DNA from: the human T2T-CHM13v2.0 reference genome, Homo sapiens
Strand: one strand, 5' to 3'
Length of the DNA: 64,000 bases
Assembly (NCBI RefSeq): GCF_009914755.1
Contig: NC_060932.1
Both the position numbers and the translations under genes were made by a program. Positions 50,876 to 64,000 of the stretch are shown here, one piece after another; position 1 is the first letter of the stretch; every line of letters begins with the position of its first letter. The notes under the pieces were generated by a model, which saw only the letters and a program-made list of their open reading frames with translations, was not told where the DNA came from and made no database searches.

Positions 50876-52709
50876 CAAGAATTCTTTCTTGTGGTGTTGT
50901 TTTCTAACTTTCTTGCATGTGGTGATTAAGTCAGATGCTGAAGAAGGGCCGACAGGGAGATAAAATGCAATTTCTGGGTGTTCTTGAAAAATTAACTTGC
51001 AGCATTATTTTAAACTTACACATAAATAAAATAGGGGAACATATATGTGTTAATATAAAGACTGTTGATTTTTGGAAAAAAATATTTTCAGAAGATCATT
51101 GGTGTCCCTTGCTGAATTCTGAACTTAAATGCAATTTTCTAGCTCCTTAAATGCTCAGTATTAGAAAGTAATATTACACACTATAAAAAGTTTATAAAAT
51201 ACAGAAAATAAATATTACCCCAAATTTCATCACTCAGAAACAGCTTGGAATATTTCTTCTCTGTCTTACTCTCCTCTCAAGCCTCTCAAATTGCAATTAT
51301 ACTGGAAAGTTCATTGTTTTATTGTGTTGTTGTTGTTTTTTGATCTTGTGTCTTTCCTCCACTTATTATTACTTTGAAACCATTTTCTTGTTTCACCTAT
51401 TTCTTTTCTAAAGCACAATCTATAACTGAGGACATAGTTTTATCTATAGAGGAGGACCCCAGAGAGAGTTTCCTTTCTCATTTCTTCTCTTTTGTCCTAT
51501 TTAAACTTTTAACCGTGTGCATGTGTAACTTTTTCCATTTAAAAACGAATACTCCTAAAACATCATCTTCACAGACTGTGTAATTCCAACGTATTCTACT
51601 TCATTTTCCACTCCAGGTCATGTAGATTTTTTTCCAATATTTTACCATAATCAATAAGCTAGAGTAAGTACCCTTAACATAGATCTTCATCTGCATTGCT
51701 GATTATTTCCTTTGGCTGGATTCCTAGAACTAGAATGATTGGGTCAACCAATGAGAACTTTGAAAGGCTTTTACATCACTGGAGAAACAGAACAAGTTGG
51801 CACCAAGGTGTCCTCCCACCAGCAAAATGCACCTGAGCTCACCACACCCCTTCTCTGTCGGCCCCTCTTCCTTTCCTCTCTCACAGCATATCAGGAGGAG
51901 GATGAAGCAGTGGAGTTTCTGCATAATTGGGTCAAGCAAGTGTCCTGGGTCCTTGGATAAGGTTTGCTTACAAGGAGAAGGTGGGATTTTCATTACTGGC
52001 TCTTGGTGCCTGTCTGTGTCTCCCGGTTGCACATCCGCACACGTGCAGATTGGAAACATGGCACAACGAGACTGATGACAATCCAAAAAAATGCAAATGT
52101 GATATCATCTCAGCCGTCATCCTTGCTTTGCAAGTAGCACACCCTCTTTGCCAGCGGTCGAGTCAGGAGCCGTTCTCTTGGATAATTTCAGGGAATCTGT
52201 CTCATTGTTCACATTCACATCCTCCTCCTCCCAATCTTATTTCCATTCCCACCAGCAAAATGCACCTGAACCCATCCTGCCACACCTTTCATTTCTTCAC
52301 TGAAAAGCTAAGCGGACTCTGCCACCTAATCCCTCTGTTTTTCCTAATGGTGGGAAACAACAAAAACCCAAGGCATCGCTCCGGCTACACAAACCTCGTC
52401 ATTTTGTACAGCTAGTGAAGAAGAGGTGGGGAGAACAGCATAGGATTGGAATCTGTGGGCTCCGGGCAGGACTTTGATGGTGACCAGGAGTGGAGTTCTG
52501 AAGGTAGAGCCAGGAGTCTCCACTCAGAGCCAATGGGGCTCCTCTCTGCTTCCTCCTCATAGGGCATTTTCTTCCCTCTGAAGTTTGCATCATCTAGGGG
52601 ACCACAGTGAACCACCAGTGGTCTATGGAACATACTTTGCAAACCCTTGTGTCCAAGTCATTCTCAGAAAAGGAAGAAGAATCTTAAGTTCCCCACTGGA
52701 AAGAGATCC

Positions 52710-52860
52710 AGGCTGCGTGTGGTAGCTCACACCCATAATTCCAGCACTTTGGGATGCCAAGGCAGGAAGCCCACTTGAAGCCAGTAGTTCAAGACCAGCC
52801 TGGGCAACACAGCAAGACCCCATCTCTATTTATAAATATTTTTAAAATTAAATAAATTAA
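52710..52860 (+). mobile_element. FLAM/Alu left monomer
   Basis: Left arm with AT-rich tail. Confidence 0.85.
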
Positions 52861-54558
52861 AGAAGGTGAGAATGGTCTGGAATATGCCAGAATCATCTTT
52901 CCCTTTGGCCTATATGTTTTACAGGCAACAAAGAAGCACAGGTGAGAGAAACTCAGTGAAGAAAAGGAAAGAAGAGAGTGAAGCGGGAACCATGTTATTT
53001 CCCTAATCTATTTGAGGAAACCGAGCCTTAGTGATGGCGAATAACTTGCCAAATATCACACAGTGAGGAAGTGGTTGAGCCACAGTTCTACCCTAAGTCT
53101 GGCTAACTCTAAAGCCAAGGCCACCACATAACACTGTACGTGCTAACCCTGCAGCTTAGGAACTAACGTCACGCTGCTCTCCAGGGTAGGAGGAGCACGT
53201 AGTGAACCTATTAACTCACCCGCATGACCTGGTCAGGGAATGTGTTTGTCCTGTTCTGCAGAGACACTCATTGTCAACTCCCTGGTTAAACCCTCCAGCA
53301 TGCTACAATCCAAAGGCAATGACGTGCATGTGAGCAATGAGGTGGATTCTCTGAAATTACCCAGGAGAACAGCTCCTGACTCAGCTGGTGAAAAGGAAGT
53401 GTGCTGCTTTCAAACAAAGGATGACTGACTAGCAGCCAGCTGAGCCCACAACTTGCACTGGTTGAATGGGCATTGCTCCCCCTCTGCGCCATCTCTCCCA
53501 CCACTTATAAATGGGTGGATGGGCAACACACAGAGAGATACTCACTGTTAATCTCCCAGCAGTTTACACAAACGTCCGCTTGCATCACATGTCAAATTTC
53601 CTTCCCACATAAGCTGTGGTTTGCCGGTCGCCACTCCTGGTCCTTTCCTCTTTCTCTTTAATGATAATAAGAATGTCGAGAGCTTTAGCAGAATGGGCAC
53701 AACTTGAGCTAACGGAATACCGTAAATGCAATTTCAGCGACATTAAATAGTTCAATGTTTAACAGCAAAGAAAGTGGGAAATTGAGTCAGTGAATGGCTA
53801 ATTTGACCTGAATTATTCAGAAAACACTTTAATTTTTTTTTTTTTTTAATTTACAGAGGCTCAGACACAGAACAAATGCATGCACTGGTGTTAAATGCAG
53901 AGAAGAGAAGGTGTTATCTCCTGAAATGGATTCTGCTTTCTTCGGGGTTAGAAGGCCTCCTTTTTGAACTGACCTCAACCCTGCTGATTTTGTCTCCTTT
54001 CCTGGCCATGAGGATCAGAAATCAGCAATGATTTCATAAGTAACTTCTCATGAAACCACATACCGCAGCGTGAGTCACACATGTAGCTCTGTGCACCTGT
54101 AGGCGTATATGCCATTCTTTTTAAATCTGCCAGGAATGTGATGATCAACTGGACCCAGTTTGCCTGGGATTTTCCTTATTTGTACTGAAAGTCTTGTATC
54201 CTGGGAAATCCCTCACTTCCAGGCATACTGGTGTGATTGACCATCCCACCCAGGAAATGAGGAAGAAGCAAGGGGTCCTTAATGTGTTGTCCCTACCTGA
54301 ATCTGCCCCTTTCCCTCTCTGTGAAAGTAGGGAACCTCAAACCCTTGTGGGGCCTGATGCTCCCACCCAGCTGCATGGGGAGGACATTTATGTCAACTTG
54401 AGCAGAAAGTAGGGGATCTAAATTTATCTATTGAAATGTGTTGCTACATCTCCAAACTAAGATGTCTGTATCTGCGTGTGCATTAAAACACATATAATTA
54501 CACAAGGAATACATGATCACTGGATAAAAATAAAAAATAAAAATCAAAATAAAAATAA

Positions 54559-54898
54559 GGGCAGGGTGCAGTGGCTCAAGCCTGTAATCCCAGCACTTTA
54601 GGAGGCCGAGGTGGGCCTAAGGTCAGGAGTTCGAGACCAGCCTGGCCAACATGTTGAAACCCTGTCTCTACTAAAAATACAAAAAAAAAAAAAAAAAAAA
54701 AATAGCCACATATGGTGACATGCACCTGTAATCCACAGTTACTAGGGAGGCTGAGGCAGGAAAATGGCTTCAACCCGGGAGGCGGAGATTGCAGTGAGCC
54801 AAGATCGCTCCACTACACTCCAGACTGGGCAACAGGAGTGAAACTCCATCTCAAAAATAAATAAATAATAAATATAATTTAAAAATAAATAAAAATAA
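54559..54898 (+). mobile_element. AluS
   Basis: Dimer with expanded A linker. Confidence 0.9.
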
Positions 54899-54904
54899 GA
54901 TGAA

Positions 54905-55090
54905 GGTGGGGGGCAAGGGGAGGGAGAGCATTAGGACAAATACCTGATGCATGTGGGGCTTAAAACCTAGATGATGGGTTGGTGGGTGCAGCAAACCACC
55001 ATGGCACACATGAACCTATGTAACAAACCTGCACATTCTGCACATGTATCCTGGAACTTAAAGTAAAATTCAAAAAACTTAAAAAAAAAA
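54905..55090 (+). mobile_element. L1PA 3' terminal fragment
   Basis: gggtgcagcaaaccaccatggcaca...gtaacaaacctgcacattctgcacatgtatcc plus poly(A). Confidence 0.92.
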
Positions 55091-55565
55091 TAAGATGAGA
55101 AGGTGAGAAGGAGGTCAAAGTTACTCAGAATCCTACCGCCCAGCACTAACTAGTTTAAAACTAGTTAAAATTTTGAGAATTTTCCTGTGTACACTTATAG
55201 ATTATAATGTAGGCATATAAATGGGTATACATAATAGTAAGTCCATTGCAGGAAAACATACAGAATAATGGTTTGACACTCTTGCTCAGTCAACAGTATG
55301 AGTATTTATCCAAGCCAATATGTATGTTTTTACAACATCATGTTAATGGCCACATAATATTCTATAATGTGTGTTTATCACAGTTAACCACTTTGATTAG
55401 GTAGGACATTTAGGCTGCTTTTCATTTTTTACTGTTATAAACAGTGCTGAAACCAACAGGCTTGTTGCTATAATATTGAACACATCCTTACTTATTTTGT
55501 TACAATGCATTCTTAAGAGTCAAACTATGGGTCAAACAGAATGAATTGGTTGGTCGGTTGCCTAG

Positions 55566-55983
<418 letters not shown>

Positions 55984-56607
55984 CGCTATCCCTGTTTTTT
56001 TAGCATTCATGGTAAATGCCGCAGTCTAGACAAACAAATTAGGACTTGAAAGAGGACGGGAGTTATTTCCTAATAGTAGGATAAAATTCTCTTTTCTGTG
56101 ATTCCTCCTGGTTGCTCAAGAGATTATCTTCTAGATACACACAAACCAACACATGCATGCTTATGCACACACTTTAAAAAAAGCATCTTGATCAAATAAG
56201 AGTTTGCTAAATTTGTCCTCAGCATGGAGACTGCCATTAACAAGTTAGAAAAAACCTGCTGTTCTGCGTCTCACAGACCTCAGCTAAGGAAAGACCACCA
56301 TTTTATGGACACCAATCCCAACAGCTATACTTTGTTATAAATTAGCGTCACATATTCCTGTTTAATTCTTATTGACTCCTCCTCTAACTTTTACTTTCTC
56401 ATCACTTAGAGTGAATCTAAATTAGGGGCCCTGAACTTTCTCTGTTAAGGGCCAGATAGTAAATACTGTAGGCTTTGTGGGCCATTACAGTCTTTATCAC
56501 AACCACGACACTCTACAAGTTTAGTACACAAGCAGAGAGAGGCAATACATAAATGAATGAGTGTGGCTGTGTTCCAGTAAAAATTTATTTATAAAAAAAG
56601 ATGGTAG

Positions 56608-56989
<382 letters not shown>

Positions 56990-57844
56990 TCACCTAGGGT
57001 TTGTTACAAAGCAGATTGGTAGGCCCCACCCCCAAATTTCTGATTCATGAGGTCTTGGGAATAGGTCCAAGAATCTGAATTTATAGAAGTTTCTAGGTGA
57101 TGTTGATGCTGTTGGTTGGTGGGCTGGAGGGGGATGCAGGGGGGATTACATTTTGGAAACGACTGCTATAAGGTGGTCCCATAAACCCATACTTAATAAA
57201 TCATCATATTCATACAAATCACAACATTTTTCTCCTGAGCGACTGAAGTGCTTGTGTACACCTCTCCACTTCAGCTTCTTCAGAAGGTTAGAATGATCAG
57301 CTTTTGTATCAGTCCAGCTATCTGGTAAAAGTCAGTGGAATCTCTCTAGCTAGTGTGTAAAGGAAGGGCTTTATTAATGTAGTTAGGGTACTCTCAAACT
57401 CCTTGGAAAAAGAGGGAGGAATATTTTCCTGGGTCATCTTCCAGGAGCAGCCCCCAGAATGCCATTGCAGAGCTGACCTGATGGCATGCACCCAACCCCT
57501 CCCGCTTCCTCCAAGCCCGAGTCCTAGTCAAAATCTTGCAGCAAGAAGGTCTGACTTTCCAAACTGAAGTTGAGTGTCTGAGCTGTGGAGTTAAGGGAGG
57601 CTGGAAAATGCAAATTTGGGGATTTGATATCGGGAAGGCAGGCAACTACACAATGATAAACGTGGGGCAACCAATGTTCAGGTTTAGGGCAGCCACTGTC
57701 CATACAATTCCACTACGGGCAAAGAAAAGGTACAGTGAGAAGTAGAAAGTTACAAAGCAATAAAGTCCAGCTCTCTGGAATTCATTTCAAAATAATGTAG
57801 TTGGAATGGACAAAAATGTGGTGGAATAGATGAGGCGGTATTCT

Positions 57845-58442
<598 letters not shown>

Positions 58443-58480
58443 ATGAAGCAGTATTCTTCCCCCCCGCTTTTTTTTTTTTA

Positions 58481-58543
58481 ACATGGACCATGCAAAACTC
58501 TGTATCATTTCAATTTTAGTATATGTGCTGCCAAAGTGAGCAT
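58481..58543 (-). pseudogene. 3'-truncated U6 snRNA retropseudogene
   Basis: Reverse complement atgctcactttggcagcacatatactaaaattgaaatgatacagag...gcatgg matches the first ~65 nt of U6, followed by poly(A); flanking repeat catga(a/g)gcagtatt. Confidence 0.92.
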
Positions 58544-59000
58544 CATGAGGCAGTATTGATTATGAGTTGATGATTGCTAAGACTGGATACTGAGTACAAG
58601 GTGGTTCATCGCACTGTTCTCTCTTCTTTGGTATATGTTTAAATTTTTCCTTAATAAAGAGATAAAAGTTTATAAGGCATCGAAAGCAGAAAGAAAAAGA
58701 ATGGAGATAAACATCAATTTTTGACCCCTAGATGGTATGCTTTCTCTTGTTACGGTATGCTTTCTTTAGGGGGCAGATACCATGTAATAAGAGATCTTTG
58801 GATGGAAGTTACCGTCAGAGCACAGCCATTGTTTTAGCAACATTCCAAAAGGAATAAAAGAAGTAATATTTTTCACTGAAAGTAGATCAAGATAAGGGAT
58901 TATTGCCACAGTCATTGACTTTGCTTCCCCCTGACAAATGCACAGTGACCACTTGTTACATTCAATGGAGCGATAAAAGCTCTGTTTGGCTGGGCTTTTC

Positions 59001-59189
59001 TAGGGTTATCAGGAAATAAAAAATGCAGGGCCCCAGTTAAAATTAAATTTCAGATAAATAGCAAATACATTTTTTTAGTATACTTATGTCCCATGCAATA
59101 TTGAGGAAATGCCTATGTTAAAAATTTATTTGTTGTTTACCTGAAGTTCACACTAAGGTAGATATTCCATATTTTATCTGGTAACCCTA
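59001..59189. mobile_element. MER53 palindromic hAT MITE
   Basis: tagggttatcag...ctggtaacccta ends; internal inverted symmetry. Confidence 0.8.
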
Positions 59190-60277
59190 CTTTTATGACT
59201 TACAAAATTTAGGATATTCCATCATCCCCACTTTTCTCCAATGCATTCCATGTCTTAGTTCACCCTGAACTGACTAGACCGGACTCTTGCAATTTTGACT
59301 CTTCGGGCATCTCATCATTCACTTTCTCTATGTTTCTAGAAAGACTTTCTCCTAGACGTTAGATAGGTTCAAGGGTGGACTTTCTGTCCGACCTTCTGGC
59401 CCCTGAAGGGAAATGGGGAAGGAGAGAATCCATTTGCCTAAGTGTTCCCAAGCAGGTGCCTACTTTCTAAGATGAGGAGCCCAGATGTAGGTCCTCATCC
59501 ATTTCTTTCAATATCCTTTCAACACAGCAGAGATTAAGACCCCCAAGAAGTACAGATCATTCCTGCTGTTGCATCTTTTACACAGATATGGACTTCAAAG
59601 GAAACAAAGGAAGAATGATTTCATGCCAGAAAGCAGGAGATACCTTCTCATCCAGCTTAACTCTCATTTTGTGAATGTCATTTTCAGAATATTAACACCA
59701 GATGATCAGGTTTCCATGGCAGAGAAGCCCTTCTGTCTTTTCCTGCCTACTGGTGACTTGGCAACTCATTAGCATGTCTACTGGACGTGAGCCAGAGGAA
59801 GGAAGTGATAAAACACCATGAGTCAACATGTTACTTGCCAGAAGTTCTGGTAAAAGGAGTAAGAGGAAAACAAGAAAAACAAAGAAAACAAGAGTCTTAG
59901 GATATTGTGAGGGTCTCCATTCTCCTTCCCCTCTAAACCAGGCTCATAGTGGACCTCACCTGATGGAAGGTTCTAGAAAGAGACTAAACTTCACTTCCTG
60001 GAGTCGTAAGAAATATCTGCCATTCATGCTTTCCATTCTACTCTGAGGTTAAACAAATATTAAGAGTTCTAATGGGGTGGGGGGATACAGTGACTTTAAA
60101 AGTTGGCTGCAGGGTCCAGATGGACTAAGATGAAGGCAGAATTCTTCATACAGAGAGAACAACTTTTGCTCAGAAAAACAATATTAATGGGTTTATTTGG
60201 TCTTCCAGTGCAGGCTAATGAGAAGTCTAGACATAGAATAATTAAATTGCTTGTTTTTCATAAGAAATGGGAGTTGT

Positions 60278-60462
60278 GGGGGTTCCCTCTCTTGGCTTTG
60301 GAGCACCCCTCCCTTTGTCTCTGTACAGGGGAGCTTCTTTCTTTCTTCCCCCTTCTTTCTTGCCTATTAAACTCCCTGCTCCTTAAAACAAACAAACAAA
60401 CAAACAAACAAACAAAAACCAAAAAAAAAAAAACAAAAACAAAAGAAGAAGAAGAAGAAAGG
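60278..60462 (+). mobile_element. Polyadenylated ERV1-LTR (MER4-group) fragment retroposed in trans
   Basis: LTR R-region with ATTAAA (60366-60371), A-rich tail and 16-bp TSD aagaaatgggagttgt. Confidence 0.8.
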
Positions 60463-60835
60463 AAGAAATGGGAGTTGTTTTAAGTGTTCCCTTTAGGTAG
60501 GGAAGACACGAATTCTGAGAGCCATAGAAAGAAAGAGAGTGAAGAAATGGGTAGCAGAGGGGAAGAGGGATCCCAGGGAACATATCAGGGGAAGGATGGC
60601 CGGAGAGAAAATGGCTGAGCTGGCAATGCCTGAGGGATTCCAGCATCCACTTTAAAAAAATAATAATTTATTGTGGGAAATTTCAAGTATGTACAAAAGT
60701 AACCAGACTAGTATAAAGAACCTCAATGCACCCTTGGCAGCTTCAACAATTATTAATGCACAGCCAATCTTGTTTCATCTAAAATGCCCCACTCACTCAC
60801 CTTTCTCCCATTAATTATCTTGAAAGAATCTCCAG

Positions 60836-61201
60836 TGATATTGTTTGGCTCTGTGTCCCCACCCAAATCTCATCACAAATTGTAATCCCCATGTGTCAAC
60901 AGAGGGTCCTGGTGGGAGGTGATTGGATCACATGGGTGGTTTCCTTCAGGCTGTTCTCATGATAGTAAGTGGGTTCTAAAGAGATCTGATGGTCTTTATA
61001 AATGACAGTTGTCCCTGCTTTCTCTCTCACCTGCTGCCATGTAAGACGTGCCTTGCTTCCCCTTCACCTTCCACCATGATTGTTAAGTTTCCTGAGGCCT
61101 CCCCAGCCATGAGGAACTGTGAGTCAATTAAACCTTTTTTGTTTATAAATTACCCAGTCTCAAGTAGTATCTTTATAGCAGTGTGAGACTGGACTAATAA
61201 A
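60836..61201. mobile_element. MaLR solo LTR (THE1/MST type)
   Basis: tgatattgtttggctctgtgtccccacccaaatctc...ggactaata; 5-bp TSD tccag. Confidence 0.92.
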
Positions 61202-61834
61202 TCCAGATAGCATATTTTGTCAGTGAACATTTCAGTATAGCATTAAATCTTAAGTAGTAGCCAATTCTGGGCTGTGCTGTCTGCCCCATTCTTTGCACCG
61301 CTGCCCTCCACCCCCCATTTAGCTGATATCTGCACTAAATGCTTGTTCCTGCAGGAGCCGAGTGAGTGGTGCCTTGGGGGAGGGGCAAATGAAGAAGTGG
61401 CCAAGGTCCACACTGGTGACGATTCCACACTCAGAGCTCTGTGCTGCTAGAACCCAAAGACACGTCTAGAAAACAAGAGACAATGGGGAATAAGGCAATA
61501 GCAAGGTGGAACGGGTGAACGTGAACCTTGTGAAAACCTGCAGGAAAATCAGGGCAGGGGTGCTGCACTTCACAAAGGTGTGCAGTGTGGCCTCAGGAAC
61601 TGGAGAAGTGTCAGGGCCTCTCTGCCTCATCTCCTCTAGGCAGCCTAGCATGTGTGCTGTTCACGTCTCTGTCTGCTAACTGGTTCTTACTGCCAGGCTG
61701 CAAGGAGAAATGTCACTGTCACTCAGAGGGCAGACTCATCACAAGCCATCCTGTCAGGACATCACATGAACATGGACAACAGAGGCTCCTAGACACTAGC
61801 AGGGCACATCTAGTCAGGCTACTTGGGTTATACA

Positions 61835-62578
61835 GTTGAGAAAATAAATGGACTTTGATCTGAGGAATGCAAGTCCTCTTAAATTATCAGGCCCAGGGAG
61901 ACATTAAAATGAGACAGCAATCACGTCCTACTCCCCTCTTAAAACTGCTTTCTATTACCACAAGTAGCTGTAAAATAACCTAATAATGCCACATCAAACA
62001 CTATAACCACACCCTATAGCCTAACAATGTACAGCCAATCACTAATCAGTGTTATTCCTGTAAGCCAGCTCCTGACAAACAACTTTGTATCAGCCTACTC
62101 CCTGTCACTCAAACTTTTTTTTTTTTTTTTTGTCTTTAAAAACCTGCTTGTGGGCCAAGCATAGTGGCTCACACCTGTAATCACAGCACTTTGGGAGGCC
62201 AAGGCTGGAGGACTGCTGGAGCCTAGGTGTTCAAGACCAGCCTGGGCAACATGGCAAAACCTCGTGTCTACAAAAAATACAAAAATTACCCAGGCCTGGT
62301 GGTGTGCACCTATAGTCTTAGCTCCTCTAGAGGCTGAGGTGGGAGGATCATCTGAGCCTGGGGAGGTCCAGGCTGCAGTGAGCCGTGATCCACTGCACTC
62401 CAGCCTGGATGACAGTGAGACCCTGTCTCAAAAAACAAACAAACCTGCTCGTAACAAAGATCGAATGGAATTCATATCCAAGGCTACCTGGGGCTGAGTC
62501 TTCCCAGCAGCTGTCCTCACTTCGGCTAAACTATTCCAGTTATATTTTAGGCCTCAGCTTCTTTCTTTTAGATCGACA
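61835..62578 (+). mobile_element. ERV1 solo LTR with an inserted AluJ (62153-62443)
   Basis: CCAAT-containing U3, end ...cctcagcttctttcttttagatcgaca; Alu TSD aaacctgct(t/c)gt. Confidence 0.65.
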
Positions 62579-63832
62579 CAGTCATTTGAACTTTAGCAAG
62601 CTCCTCTTTTTTGCTAGCCCATTCTGGACACATTTTAAATGAGAGTCACAACCAACATTTTTGCATTATTCAAAATAGCTTCAAGAAACCAGGAACCCTT
62701 CACATGTATTTGTTTTCTTCTTTAGAACAATGCATTTGTTTAGGGAAAATGAAAACGGTCTATAGCTGAACTCATGTTAGTGTTTTCCGGAATCAAATGC
62801 TCACAGGAACTCAAAGCTCTTCTCCGGAGATCAGGGCTTACCCTTGCCTTCAGTGCTTCATCTTCTGCTCTCAACATCTGCTACTCCTCCCCATTGTTCC
62901 ACCCTTTCACCAAAGGCCTGCTGTCAGCAATTTTCAGTAAATAGCCTTTTTTACAAAAGTGTCATTTCTTTCTCATATTAAAATTCCCTAATAAATCTTT
63001 TTTCCCCTCCCTATGAGTTTTTCTGACACCCATAAAGAATTTTCCTTTCAACATCCTGTCTTCTTGCCTTCTCCACTCAAAGCTTCACTTGACACCTGCC
63101 TTCCAGGTAAGACAACACCCCTTAGAGCTCATAATCTTGCCAGGTTAGTCTTTACATTTTTTTTATCCTGATAAAATCTTTGCTCACTCAGCACTAGTAG
63201 CGATTCTCTCCTCTGAGAATTGAGGTTTGTGTACTTGTTAATGATCCCATAATGCCCCTGTAGTCTCTGTAGGACAAGGGCCCCACAAAAACAAAAGAAG
63301 AGAAAAAAGATAATCTTCTCTTACAGTTTTGGTTCTCTGACTTTGAGCATGCAGCAGATACCTGGAAGGCTTTGTTGTAACAAAGTCTGCTGGACCCCAC
63401 CCTGGAGTCACTGATTCAGCAGGTCTGGGTGGACCTGAGAATATGCATTTATATGCACAGATGAAAATGACTTGGTCTCTGGCTTCCACAAGGCTGCAGT
63501 CTAATGGATAAAACCCTCTTTTGATCTGGGTAGCACTTCAGAATTTGAAAATCTCTGTCATATTGATTAGACTTAAAAAACACCCTCACAACAGTGTGAG
63601 GGGAAGCAGAGTCTGCACTTTGGGTTAAAAAACTTGAGTTTGAATTCCAACCTTACCAAGTATTAGCTCTATGGTTATGGTTAAGTCGCTTAAACTCTCA
63701 AAACCTGAGTTATCTGTGAAATGGGAATACTACTCTCCCAGGGAGGTAATACTTGTGTTTGTAAAAATACTGTATGAGCTAAAAAAAAAAAAGTGCTATA
63801 CAGATACCTAATTAGAAAAAACACAGGGCGGT

Positions 63833-64000
63833 AGGGCAGGTGTGGTGGCTCACACTTGTATTCCCAGCATTTTGGAAGGCCAAAGTGGGTGGATTGCTTG
63901 AGGTCAGCAGTTCAGGACCAGCCTGACCAACATGGTGAAACCTTGTCTCTACTAAAAATACAAAAATTAGCCAGGCGTGGTGGCGCACGCATGTCGTCCC
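63833..64000 (+). mobile_element. AluS (runs off the window)
   Basis: Left arm and linker. Confidence 0.9.

Noticed and set aside
59001-59189. Long hairpin as a novel structured RNA or miRNA
   Set aside because: Explained by the palindromic MER53 MITE.

Overview
Human (primate) genomic DNA from the PPP1R3B locus (8p23.1). Positions 411 to about 5824 are the single coding/terminal exon of PPP1R3B (hepatic glycogen-targeting PP1 subunit GL; CDS 428-1285, then a ~4.5-kb 3'UTR). The remaining ~58 kb looks intergenic and is rich in repeats: about 35 Alus, old L1s, Tigger1/Tigger2, MaLR and ERV1 LTRs, MERs, MADE1 and a truncated U6 copy. The main observation is six exon-like segments on the + strand (17265-37950) with canonical splice sites. 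After correcting frameshifts they reconstruct a protein with a signal peptide, N-glycosylation sequons and a hydrophobic C-terminus. Its Cys spacing and motifs match the ADP-ribosyl cyclase family (CD38, BST1/CD157), so it is a candidate unprocessed (unitary) pseudogene of a third cyclase paralogue. Other findings: a 234-codon coding-like fossil on the - strand (20858-21559), a ~2-kb ancient inversion that splits Tigger1, an L1-retroposed polyadenylated LTR fragment, three nested insertions at one target site, and a diverged inverted duplication near 52-53.5 kb. All family comparisons use sequences recalled from memory. No database search was run, and repeat boundaries and subfamilies are approximate.
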